Shown here: positions 25,360 through 50,434 of the stretch, in pieces
How the letters are laid out: every line of letters begins with the position of its first letter
How positions within the stretch are numbered: position 1 is the first letter of the stretch
Source of the DNA: Paraspadella gotoi
Lineage: Eukaryota > Animalia > Chaetognatha
DNA length: 64,000 nucleotides
Direction: 5' to 3'
Assembly: GCA_051294375.1 (NCBI GenBank)
Contig: CM119268.1
Span: 16,945,947-17,009,946 of the forward strand
Made by a program: the position numbers and the translations under genes
The notes under the pieces: generated by a model
What the model saw: the letters and a program-made list of their open reading frames with translations, nothing else
Told to the model about the DNA's origin: nothing
The model's database searches: none

Positions 25360-27825
25360 ATGAAGAAATTTGCAGGCATTCCGCTCGACCTTCGAACGAC
25401 GATGGGCAAGAAATTCGGTTGGCGTTGGTCCTTCCTCATCGTCGCCGCCATCGCCGTCGTCTTCGTCCTCGTTGGAATTCCGCGGTCCGCGCTACGCACA
25501 GGAACCGGAATCGCGCTACGCTCCTCCGGCGTCGACGTGGACTTTATGAGGAAGCGACAAGGGCCCGTCGGGATTGTCCGCGGGATAGGAAGAGTGGGTC
25601 AGGGGAGCGGGAAGGTGGAGCGAGGGAGGAAGGAGGAGTCGAAGGAGAGGGAGGGACGACGGAAGTCGGGAGGAGGTGGAGGAGGAGGGGAGGGGTGGAG
25701 GATGGAGAGTGGAGGAGTGGAGCGGATCAGAGGAGCGGCGCGAATCGGAGGAGCGGATTCGTCGAATCGAGCCGAAATGAAGGTTGAGAAAGAAGAGGGA
25801 GGAAAGAAAAAAGGAGGAATATTTGTTCGTCAAGAAGAAAAAAGAATAAAAGGAGAACAAACGTATTTCGGTAAATTAAAAGAAAAAGAAATGACCGATC
25901 ACAAACGAGCGAAAATCTTTGGAGAAATGAACGAGAGGAAATCAAAGCAGACGAAAACATTTGAGGATATTGAGAAACGAACGAAACAAGTGAATGATTT
26001 GCACGACGCATTGGATTCAGCGAAAAAAATGGCGGACGAACAGAGAAAAGATCAGGAAAAGTATTTGGAAGAACTAAAGATACGACGGAAATGGAATGAA
26101 GAGTTGGAGAGAAAGAAGGGATCGATGACGAGTGCAGAAAGATCGAAGATCGAACAAAAGGACAGCGAAAGATTTGAAGCGAGAGAAAGAAAAATGGCCG
26201 AGGAAGACATGAAGAATAAGGAACTACAAAAAGCGAAACAACTAAATAAAATAATTGAAAACAAAGAAAAAACTGATGACACAACCGAACGACAACGACA
26301 ATTGAATAAGTTGGGGGAAGAACAAAGTAAAGGACAGAAAGGAATTAATCAGAAAACTGAAAATCTGAAGAGGAATTACTCTGGAGACTTGTTGGACCAG
26401 CGGAAAATAGGACAACCGTTCACTTATCAAAAAATGAAGCCGCAGATTGGGAAAAAAATGGAAAATGAGCAGTTGAATATGAAAAAGGAATTAATGAAAC
26501 AAGAAAAAGCGGAAAAGAACGGAACCGCATCGGCGGGAGCGAAAAGTAACCAAAAAGATTATCTTCAACAACAACAACAACTAAAAACAACAGAAGTAAT
26601 GAAAACAAATTTACAGCAAGAAGCTACGAAGAAGTGGACGAGGATAAATAAAGGACAAGCGGTTGTCAATAAAGAGCCGATGAATCGTCAAACCCGATTT
26701 CAAAACGAGGAACAGTTGAAGAAAAATACAACGCTTACTACAAAGGCGGGAAGAATAAAATCTGGATCCAAATGGAGCGAAGTGGAAGCTGGTGAAACTT
26801 TGAAAAATAAATTAGCAAAGATGAAGGAAAAAAAGAGTTACAAGGATATATATAACAAAACACGATTTTCTGAACTAAGAACAACTAGAAATGTTACGAA
26901 GCCAAGTTTGAAAGATCAACAAGAACCTTTGCAGCGTCGTTCATATAATCGCAGTCGAATTAATGAGTGGGGAAAAGGGAATCCTAACAAGCAAAGTCGC
27001 GATGGAGAAAGGATGGAGGACAAGCGAATGAAAGAAGATATAAGGCCTAATTTCGCAGCGCAGAACGAAACTGAACAGAAATCAATTGGGCCGACAGCTA
27101 TGAAGGTTAATCAACAAAATTCAATGACAAATGGGTCTAGTCAACTGGCGATCAATCAACGACGGCGACCTCGTCCCAATGTATTTCCAAAACAGGATAA
27201 ATGGCAGAAAAGAGAGAAACCGATCATGATGGATAAAACAAAGAAAAACTTGGAAGACGAAACTTTGAGAGAAAAAAGAAAAGAGGAAAAGCAGAAAATA
27301 AAGAAAGGAACAATCGAAATCGAAAGTGGAGGGAAGCAATTTGAATCTGTAGGAAGGAGCAATCAGAATGAGAAAAAGAAAGAAGAGTTTGGAATCGGAA
27401 GAAGGAAGGAAACTTTGAATAAAGTGGGAGGAATTCAAATAGGAAAAAGAGAGGAAAAATCTGAATTGATAGAGGGAAGTGACAATCAAAATGGGAGAAA
27501 TGAAAGGGTCATAAATATTGAAGGAAAAAAAAAACAATCCGAAGTAAACAACAATCTAAATCAAATGGAGAAAAGAACAATAAAGACTGGGGGAAGACCT
27601 GAGAAATTGGAATTGAAAGAAAGAAATAGCAATCAAAGTTGGAAAAAAAAAATAATAAATAAAATCAGTAAAAGAAGAGACCCGAAGAGCGAAGCAATCC
27701 GAATTGGTGAAAAACAGAGACAGTCTGAAATGGAAGCAGGAATTATGAATAAAAATTGGAAGACGGGAGGATCAATCAAAAGGGGCGAAAAAGCAAGCAG
27801 AAAGCAGAAGAAGCAACCAATTTAA
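25360..27825 (+). CDS. Intronless 821-aa type II membrane protein with long Lys/Glu-rich coiled-coil/disordered ectodomain; function unknown
   Basis: 2.5 kb open frame in AT-rich DNA. Basic N-tail followed by a single TM (FLIVAAIAVVFVLVGI). No recognisable catalytic domain. Confidence 0.7.
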   Translation: MKKFAGIPLDLRTTMGKKFGWRWSFLIVAAIAVVFVLVGIPRSALRTGTGIALRSSGVDVDFMRKRQGPVGIVRGIGRVGQGSGKVERGRKEESKEREGRRKSGGGGGGGEGWRMESGGVERIRGAARIGGADSSNRAEMKVEKEEGGKKKGGIFVRQEEKRIKGEQTYFGKLKEKEMTDHKRAKIFGEMNERKSKQTKTFEDIEKRTKQVNDLHDALDSAKKMADEQRKDQEKYLEELKIRRKWNEELERKKGSMTSAERSKIEQKDSERFEARERKMAEEDMKNKELQKAKQLNKIIENKEKTDDTTERQRQLNKLGEEQSKGQKGINQKTENLKRNYSGDLLDQRKIGQPFTYQKMKPQIGKKMENEQLNMKKELMKQEKAEKNGTASAGAKSNQKDYLQQQQQLKTTEVMKTNLQQEATKKWTRINKGQAVVNKEPMNRQTRFQNEEQLKKNTTLTTKAGRIKSGSKWSEVEAGETLKNKLAKMKEKKSYKDIYNKTRFSELRTTRNVTKPSLKDQQEPLQRRSYNRSRINEWGKGNPNKQSRDGERMEDKRMKEDIRPNFAAQNETEQKSIGPTAMKVNQQNSMTNGSSQLAINQRRRPRPNVFPKQDKWQKREKPIMMDKTKKNLEDETLREKRKEEKQKIKKGTIEIESGGKQFESVGRSNQNEKKKEEFGIGRRKETLNKVGGIQIGKREEKSELIEGSDNQNGRNERVINIEGKKKQSEVNNNLNQMEKRTIKTGGRPEKLELKERNSNQSWKKKIINKISKRRDPKSEAIRIGEKQRQSEMEAGIMNKNWKTGGSIKRGEKASRKQKKQPI

Positions 27826-29178
27826 GGAAAATATAAGGGCAATCGCGAATAAAGAAACAAAAGAGCAACAAAATTGGAAAAAGAAAGGAGCAATCGAAAA
27901 TAAAAAGGGAGAAAAAAGCGTAAAAATAGCAGAGTATGGACGATACAAGTTTCAGATCAAGAAATGAGAGGATGAAATGTTAAATAAATAGAAGGGTCAG
28001 AAGAAAGTAAAGGAAGGACTCTTTTAGTAATATAATAGTTCCAACGAATAAAAAAACTATTACTTTAATTTTACCTCTCTTTCTCTTTTTTGTTTTCTAC
28101 TCAAGTTACTCTACATTTGTCTATTCCGTTGCATTTACTTTTGTTTTATCATTAACTTGTATCATAATTTTTTCACTCACAATGAAAAGCCAGAATATAT
28201 AACTTTTGGAGAATCTATTGTTCCTTTATTCATTGCATTCTTTTCGATCTAATAAAATTCTGACATACGTAATGATTAATCGTTGACGTCTAATTTAAAA
28301 CACTTATTGATTCTAAACATCCAAATTTCGAATTGACGATTTTGCGTCTCAATCTTTCAGTCTCGAGTTCAAGCCCGCGACATTCCGCCTTGAAAAAAAA
28401 AATTAAAAAATTGTGTCTAAAGAAATTCCGTCTTTTATGTATTGATGATTAGAGTAATATCAATTGCTTTTTTAGGAAAAAAAACATTGTCATTTGTCAA
28501 TTTGCCAAATCTTACGAATTTTAGTGTAAAACCGTATTGGTGAAATAAATAAGATAATGTATATTTTGCGAATGAAGAATTTAAATATTTATTTCGCGGA
28601 TTAAATATTAAAATCAAAAGACTGTGGCAACAACAACACGCGACCTTAGAAGATCTCTTTATAAAAGGGAATAAGTCAATAACGCTATTTTCGGTCATTG
28701 ATTCCAAAGTGATTCATTAAGTTAACCCAGGAATGATTTTTCCCCCCAGACCATTTTAAGATTAATTTATCAAATGAGGAAATAATTCCGAGAGATTTCT
28801 GGTGAATCTCGATTGGAAGGAACTCTCCAAGTGGAAAAGGGAGAATCTAGAGGAAACACGACGCAGATCGAGACCAGAGAGAAACCATAAGGGAGATTTT
28901 TGATAAAAAGGAAAAAGGAACAAGAAGGAAAGAATATGTCTTAGAAATTTATCAATTCAAGTCGTACAGTTTCGCTTTTCCTCGAGCGAGAACCCGTTTT
29001 CCAAAATAATATTTTTACTCTCAGCGTAGAGCTACAATTCATTTTCTGTCTTTCTACGTTAATTCTATGCAGTTGATGAGCGGAAATTGTAAGATATAAG
29101 CATAGGTATATTACATAATATATGTAGTCGGGCATTGCCTAGGTTCACCCCGCCAAGAATCCTGACACTTTCAGTTGT

Positions 29179-29400
29179 GACCCGGTGGCTCATTGAGTAA
29201 AGCCATCAGCTCATGACCACTAGGTACCGGGTTCAATCCCAACCCAGTACCTACCCTGCGGGAAGCGTGAGGACGGCCGTAAGCCGCCTTGGGGGCATAG
29301 CAAACCCTCAAGCCTGGTTCCAAGCCCAGGGACCCGTTCCATGGCTGCTAGAGGGGTTTATAGAAGTTACGGACAGTCATCTTCAGCCCACGTAGCGCCT
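29179..29400 (+). mobile_element. tRNA-derived SINE (family A) carrying a twister-like domain
   Basis: A-box-like GGTGGCTCATTGAG and B-box GGTTCAATCCC, followed by a GC-rich structured body. No intact tRNA cloverleaf. Confidence 0.75.
29258..29337 (+). ncRNA. Twister-like ribozyme, type-P5 permutation (best-preserved copy)
   Basis: P5 GCGGG/CCCGT; P2' GCGT; GA; T1 GGA/TCC; P1 cggccg; TAA; P2 GCC; T2 GC/GC; P3 CTTGGGGG/CCCTCAAG; P4 CCTGG/CCAGG enclosing the 8-nt loop TTCCAAGC. Confidence 0.72.
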
Positions 29401-29607
29401 TATCCACATATATCATAGCGCGAGAAGAGAAAGTGAGTAATCGCGAGGGACATGGGGTTATTCCCAAAGATACCTAAGGTCGTTTGAAGTGATTTCCGGT
29501 CTGTTTTACCCTTTTTTAGAATAAAGGAATTCGAGGGAATGAGGAATAAGCGTTTTACTTTGAATATAATTGAGTTCTTCCACTCCAACTGGGTTAACAA
29601 ACCCGTC

Positions 29608-43629
<14,022 letters not shown>

Positions 43630-44902
43630 CGCTCTGGACAGAGATGATGATGACGTTAAAACTTAATTGCCAGAGCTTATATTTGACTCTTAGGGCAATA
43701 CTCTTTAAGGATGTACTATAAAGAATTCGCCGGCCGCACGCGCGGTCTTAATGACTAAAAATGTTTCAGATCCTATGACGATAAAACTTAGCCGTCCGCA
43801 CGAGCGGACAGAGCGGACAGAGAGAGAGAGAGCGAGAGATCATTAAAAAAAAAGCCCAGAATGACTCGGTATTCATAGCGACTGATCCACCGCTTCTCAG
43901 AGGAGACGCGTTAAGATCGGTTAATTTAGTAATTCCTCTTTAACTCTGGCTCCTGAAATGCGCTGAAAGAACTCGAAACCGAGTCGAAACATTTCTGTTT
44001 TTTATGTCATACAAAAATTGTTGTTGTAACAAACAAATATTTTTGCTAATCTCATAATACAACAAACGAAAGGATACCATCGAATTCTAATTCTAGTATA
44101 TTTTGTTTTCTCTTCTCTCCTTTTGCTTTCTATTTTTCTTTCTCTACTTCTCTCTCTCATTATTTTTGTAGTTGTTAGTTTTTTGAACGCTTGTTTTTCT
44201 GTTGTTAGTCTTTCATAAACCATGACCATTTGACCATTAATATAAATATGAATTTTAATTTATTGATAGACTGGTTGATTTATTGATTGATCAAAAGATT
44301 TATTGATTAATAAATATATTTTTCAGTTAAATAAAAAGTATATCATCCTTATTGAAGAATAGTTTTAGTGAGCCTTAATGTCTTTTTTAAGATTCGCTCC
44401 TTCTAATATCAATTTTAAATTTTTATAATAATTTTTTTATTTGGTTTTATATTTCATTTTTTGCTTCTTTGTTCATTTTAAAGAGGGAAAAAAAGAGAGA
44501 AAAAGTAAAATAAGGATTATTTTATTTTTAGCTAAATTGAAATATATATTATTGCATGGAATGGCGAAAAAAAAGAAAAAGGTAAAATAAAGGGAGAAAA
44601 AAGGAGAGAAAAGAAAGGGTGAAAAGAAAAGGGGAAGTGAGAAGAAAAAGAAAGAAACAGGAGGAGATAAATAAAGGGGAAGAAAGAATAAGAGAGAGAT
44701 TAGGATAGAAAAAAAAAGAAAATAACAAAGGAAAAATCAGGGAAAAAGTGGAGAAGAGAGAGAGGGGTAAAAATATGGTGAGAACGGGAAAGGAGAATAA
44801 GAGAGGATAGGAAATTAAAATATATTTTTTTTAAATTTAAAGATTTCATACTGTTAACGGTTATCGGAACACTACTTCTCAGTAATACGATTTCACATTA
44901 CT

Positions 44903-45050
44903 TCCTCGGCGGAGAAATTCCAAAGCCTTCCTCAGCGACGAACGTCCGAAAAAGCCTTCCTCAGCGACGAAATTCTTCAACCTGGAATTTCCTAATCGCT
45001 CCTCAGCGGCGAACTTTCTCTTCTTTTTCACTTTGCGACGAAATTCCTAA
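44903..45050. repeat. Short direct-repeat cluster (TTCCTCAGCGACGAA, ~5 degenerate copies)
   Basis: Motif recurs at ~30-40 bp spacing; resembles subterminal repeats of a DNA transposon remnant. Confidence 0.6.
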
Positions 45051-45270
45051 TTCCGTTCACGATTTCCTGTGACGTGAATCGTTGAGACGCGAGAATAAAT
45101 TTAGTTTTGTTTGAGGAAAATCTAAGCGAAGGAATTAAAACTACCTCGCTTTTTATTCGTCCATTATTTTATTTAATTTCGTGACGGACATATAAACTTT
45201 ATATTTAAAGGACTTCATGTCGCGAAAAAAAAATCCAGTATGGTGGACTAAAATCCACCAACCGTTCATC

Positions 45271-45460
45271 GGTGGCCATTGGTGCCGCAGGCAAGTCATT
45301 CGCCTCCCAACTCAAAGGTCCGGGGTTCTAGCCCGGTGACCGCCTAGCAATTAAGAGGGACGGGACGCTTAACCCGCCTCTAACTCGGTGTTCCAGCCTG
45401 ATCCGAAGCTCAGGGACTGCTTATATTGAACGGTTCTGTCACTAACACATGACAATAATT
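45271..45460 (+). mobile_element. tRNA-derived SINE (family C) carrying a twister-like domain
   Basis: tRNA-like head 45271-45344 (acceptor-like GGTGGCCA/TGACCGCC, T-arm CCGGG-GTTCTAG-CCCGG), immediately followed by a structured body. Confidence 0.75.
45347..45420 (+). ncRNA. Twister-like ribozyme, type-P5 permutation (family C)
   Basis: P5 GCAATT/GACTGC; AA; P2' GAGG; GA; T1 CGG/CCG; P1 gacgct; TAA; P2 CCC; T2 GC/GC; imperfect P3; P4 CCTGA/TCAGG with loop TCCGAAGC. Confidence 0.7.
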
Positions 45461-48400
45461 ACTGTCTCTTCACCATTTTTAAAATATTTATATTAATCTC
45501 AGTTGCTAAAGGAACAATAGCTGGTAAATTGTCATAAAATTTTATTTTTTATGATCTGGTATTATATAAAATGAAAATGAATGGATAATTTTTATATTGG
45601 TTGTACCAATTTCATAAACCTTTTTTATATTTAAGTTCATTTGTTTAAAGATACGAAAGCACGAACAATCAAAAATGTGCTGCCATCTCTCAGAAACTGA
45701 CTAAATTTTGATGAGGGCCCTAAAAACAAAAGTCAAGTTAAAATATTTTCTAATTTAAGATAAAAAGTCGCTAATTAAATAAACTTCAATTTCATAAGAA
45801 TACTCTGTTACCTTTTTGTTTGCAGGTTTCAAGGTATTCAAATTGTATTCGCAAAGGATGTATACTTGTATATACATTAAGGCGGAACAAGTTAAAAACT
45901 AAGAGTTCTGTAATATAAATAACTTTTAAATTTAAAAAAAATTGATATGATGTATAGTTGATAACATACCATGATGGAAAAAAAAATTGTCCCAGTTACT
46001 TTCCAGTTATTTTTCAGCATTTTAATGTAAGAATCAAAAAATAAATTTAATTCATATATCAAAAAAGAGTAATATTTAAAATACGTTAATGCTGTAGATG
46101 TTAGAGAATATCATTTTTAAATTGTAAAGTATCACTAAAAGTTATGAGGTTTTGGGTAACCTTTCTGTAAGCAAAGTTATCATTTTTATTTACCTTTGGA
46201 TGTATTATCAGAATCAAGTATCAAACAAATTCAAAAATAAAAAATAAAAAATTTTGTTGAAGTGAAAAACAATGCAGCAACAACTCAAGCCTGGTTTAAT
46301 TTTTAAAGGATCAATCTTTTTCACTGCTTGCTAAGGACTATTTTTTACCCCAAATCTGATAAAAAATATCATGTCAGAGATATAATATTAAAAACAATGT
46401 GAGTAGTCCTCTTAATAAAAAAAAAGTGAAAACAGTTAGAGACAATCTATGCATTGAATAATTTTATGCTGTTAAGAAATAATCATTTTATTCAGTCATA
46501 TTACCTATTTATTATTTATTATTATTTATTAACCAAAAATATATTTAACAATAAAATTAACTGACTTTTCCAAACCGCAACAATTCTTTTTTCCATCATG
46601 GTAAAAACATTTAAAGTTTATCGTATTACTATAAATCATAACAAATTTTTTTTTCAAATTCAAATAAAGCTTAAAAAATAAATAAAAAATATTATTACAA
46701 GATTTTCAAATTTTTATGTTTTATTGGTTAAAATTAGCAAAAACTAAAAAAATTATGGTATAATGATAAAGATGATGATTTTTAAGGGTTTTTTCCTTAT
46801 TTAACCCACTTATCATCGAAATATTAAAAAATGAATTATACATTGGTGAAAACACTTTTTATGGGCTAAATCCGTTCTTAAAATAATTTTTTTACAAAAA
46901 AATGTTTTCATTGCCTATGCATAAATATGCTTAACTAGTTAAAAAAGTGATTGTAAATATTGATTCAGTATATAAAGGACAAATGAATTTTATATTACAG
47001 AACTCCTAATGAAAAAAAGTGATCAATTTTGGCCCGCCTAAATATACGTATAAAATATTGTTATTGCATTTCGCTAACTACATGAACGTCTCGTTTTCTG
47101 CCTTACGAAGCTCCCATAATTTTAAAAGGTTTGATGCACTTGGCGTTTATTTCTTTCTGATATTATCAGTCGGGACTACTAGACACAATATTCAAAGGCC
47201 ACTGCTTAAGAAGTACTCGTAAAACAAATTGACAAATCGCTGAGTTTTTAGGCTGAAGGGACACAATTTTTTTTTGGTTTTTGGTTTTGTTTTATCTCGA
47301 AACAAAGTTTTTTTGGGGGGAAAGAGTGAGAAAGAGATACGAAAAAAACGAGGAGAGTAAATCATGGTACAATATGACATAAAGGGACCATGAATGAAAA
47401 CAATTATATTCCTAAAAGCACACACAACATGGAACCGTAAAAAACGAATAAGTTAAAAACAAGATTGTCATCGTTCAATAATTTTAAGAGTCAAAATTTC
47501 AAAATTTATTTAAACGTTAATTTATTCTTATTTGAAAACTCCTTTCTTTCCAAATTAGACGTTTTTTTACAAAAAAAAAATTGAACGATAACGCGTGTTA
47601 GAAATCGACACAAAAATAATTTATTGAAAAAAAACGTTCAACGATCTACTTATGAACAATATTTCTCTCGGAAAAACCAATGAATGAATTTTTTTCATTC
47701 ATTACAATTTTTTCTATTCACACAAAAAATGCCGCGTAAAAATATCGCGTGAATCACGCTGTGATATGACGCAGAAAAAATACACATAAAGACACAGAGA
47801 CACGAAAAACTCTTGACTCTCTCGAATTAATTAATTAATTAACTTATCATGTTTATGATATATTCTCGTCTTCATCAAACAATGAAGGACGTAGTTAAAA
47901 CAGGTAAAGTGGGGGAATATTTTCATAAGTTAAATATATATATATATATTCATCTCAGTATGTAAACAACATTAACAACAGTAACAACAGAGAACAGTAT
48001 GAACGATATGACGAGGTTTTTGAAAATTGAAAGGAGTCCCAACAAAAGATAGTGGGATCTCTTTACAAAGTTATACTGCAAAACGTGATCCGGAAATGGG
48101 TCAGAAAATAAAAGAGCGAGAGACTGAGCGGAGAGGAGAGAGACAGAGGAGAGAGAGAGAGGAGAGAGAGGAGGAGAGAGAGCGAGCGGAGGGAGAGAGA
48201 GAGAGATGAGATGAGATGGATGGGGACGAAGGGAATCGGAGAGATGAGCGAGAGCAGATAGAGAAGAGGAGGGAGAGAGGAGGGGAAAAGGAGCGAGTGA
48301 TGAGATTGGAAGAAGAAAGACGGAAGGAGAGAGGAGAGGGAGAGGAGGAGAGACGAGAGGAAGAGAGGGAGGGTTGGGAGAGGGAGAAGAGAGGGAGACG

Positions 48401-48553
48401 AGAGAGAGAGGAGAGAGAAGAGGAGAGAGGAGGGGAGAATGGGCGAATGGAATTGACTTTTTGATTTTTGTTGAAATCACACATATTGGTGGTGAATTAT
48501 CTGCTTTTCTTTATAAATAGAGGAGATATTAGAGAGAGAGAGAGAGAGAGAGA

Positions 48554-48597
<44 letters not shown>

Positions 48598-49184
48598 ATG
48601 AGACATAGAATTTAACGACGAAACAGATAAATCGGATAGAGAGGGTTTTGCTATTGATTACAGTTAAGGCGTAAAAGGATGACTACTTCATTTCTCTTGT
48701 GGCAAATCGTCGCGTTTTTTCTTCAGTTTCAAATTTTGGCTACATTTTTTTTTAAAATTAATTTAAAAAGTGAACCAAATAATACGATTACCCTCAAGAG
48801 ATTTTTTTAAATTAACTTTTTTATACATATATTTAAAAATCTAATCGTTTCTTTGGCGAAAAACGAGAAACGAATTAAAATCAGAATATTGCACGATTAA
48901 GGCCTGGGGTGGCATCTTACTCACGACCTCGGCCATTGTTGAGTTAAAACGCGGGGTGGTCCCACTCAACCTAAGACCGGCCGTTCTCGGATGCCCAGCA
49001 AATTACGTATTTAATTTATAAACAGAGAAATAATTACAATCAATCGATTTACCGCATAACCTACGATTGTCGAAAAACATAAATATTTTTGAATTATTTT
49101 TTCTTATGGGTTGTACAGCAAAAAACGAGAAAACATTTAAAGCAATTAGATAGTCTAGGAAAACCTAAGTTAGAAGCGAGGGAT

Positions 49185-49297
<113 letters not shown>

Positions 49298-50434
49298 GCG
49301 AGCTATTTGTCGGGTTTGATTACACGAATGTTTTCCATTAATTTCTTTTTTGTTAGTCACGTTATACAAAAAATTACGCGTCAAATTGAGCTTAAAACAG
49401 TTGAACATAAAATTGTAAAAACAAAATCTTACCATTTTTGCTAAAAAAAAACAAAAAAAAACTTAAAATTACAAAATTAAACATATAAATTTGTTTTCAT
49501 ATTCTGATGGAGAGTATGTTTTCAATATAGTTACGACAAGAACAAAGAAAAACAAAATTTCGAAACAGAAAATTTGTTACCAAGCATCGCAAAATTTTGA
49601 GTGCACACAGCCAGGGGGTTGGGGTGGAATGGAGAGACCGAGAAGCAAACGGAGACAAAAAGAAAACGTGATTGAGGAAAATGCAAATCATAAACCAATT
49701 CTAAATTTAGAAAAAAAAGGTTTACAAGGTAATGGAGAGAAAAACATTTGGCAACAGGGAAATTTTGATTGAAATTTATTTTGAAGCTCCATGACGACAC
49801 TGTCAACGTTTAATTAGGGTTGCGTATTTTGAACCACGATGTCTATTTTAAACATAATATTTGTAAGTTAACATTTAAAAAAAAAGAGAAGAAGAAAATA
49901 TTTCCTTAAAAATATTTGTTGTTTCGCAGTAACGAATTAGGCTTGTTTTTAAGAATGATAAACTCGAAAATTTTAAATTTCTTGGCCCCTTTGTCTCAGG
50001 AAAAAAAAAAGAGAAACTAATTATTACATCTAATAGCAAAAAAAGAATAAATTATAGGAAAAAAAAATTAAAGGTAACAAGATCCGAATGATTCAAATAA
50101 GGAAAGACAAAGTTTGTCGACCTACGAGCGAGAAAAAAAGGTGAGGATCATATTCTAGGTTAAGAAAAAAAATTGTCATTTTGGTAAGGCAGCTTCGACC
50201 CGATTACTCGGGATGGGGGCTAGAGTAAGGTCGAAGCCGCTGGGTGAGCATCGGTGACGGATTCGCTGTCGCAGTGAATCGGTGAAAGGAGCGACAAAAT
50301 GTGAGCAAGCATCTTCCGTGAGCGAGGATCCAGGCGGCTTTGGCAAATAAGATTTCTTCACAATTTTTGCCGCAGATTTCGGCCCATAATTCGGCTCCGA
50401 TTCGCCGCAAATTTACCGCAAATTCGTCGCATCT

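Noticed and set aside
48920-48985. SECIS element
   Set aside because: No AUGA/GA quartet at the right distance from the AA loop, and no in-frame UGA gene on that strand nearby.
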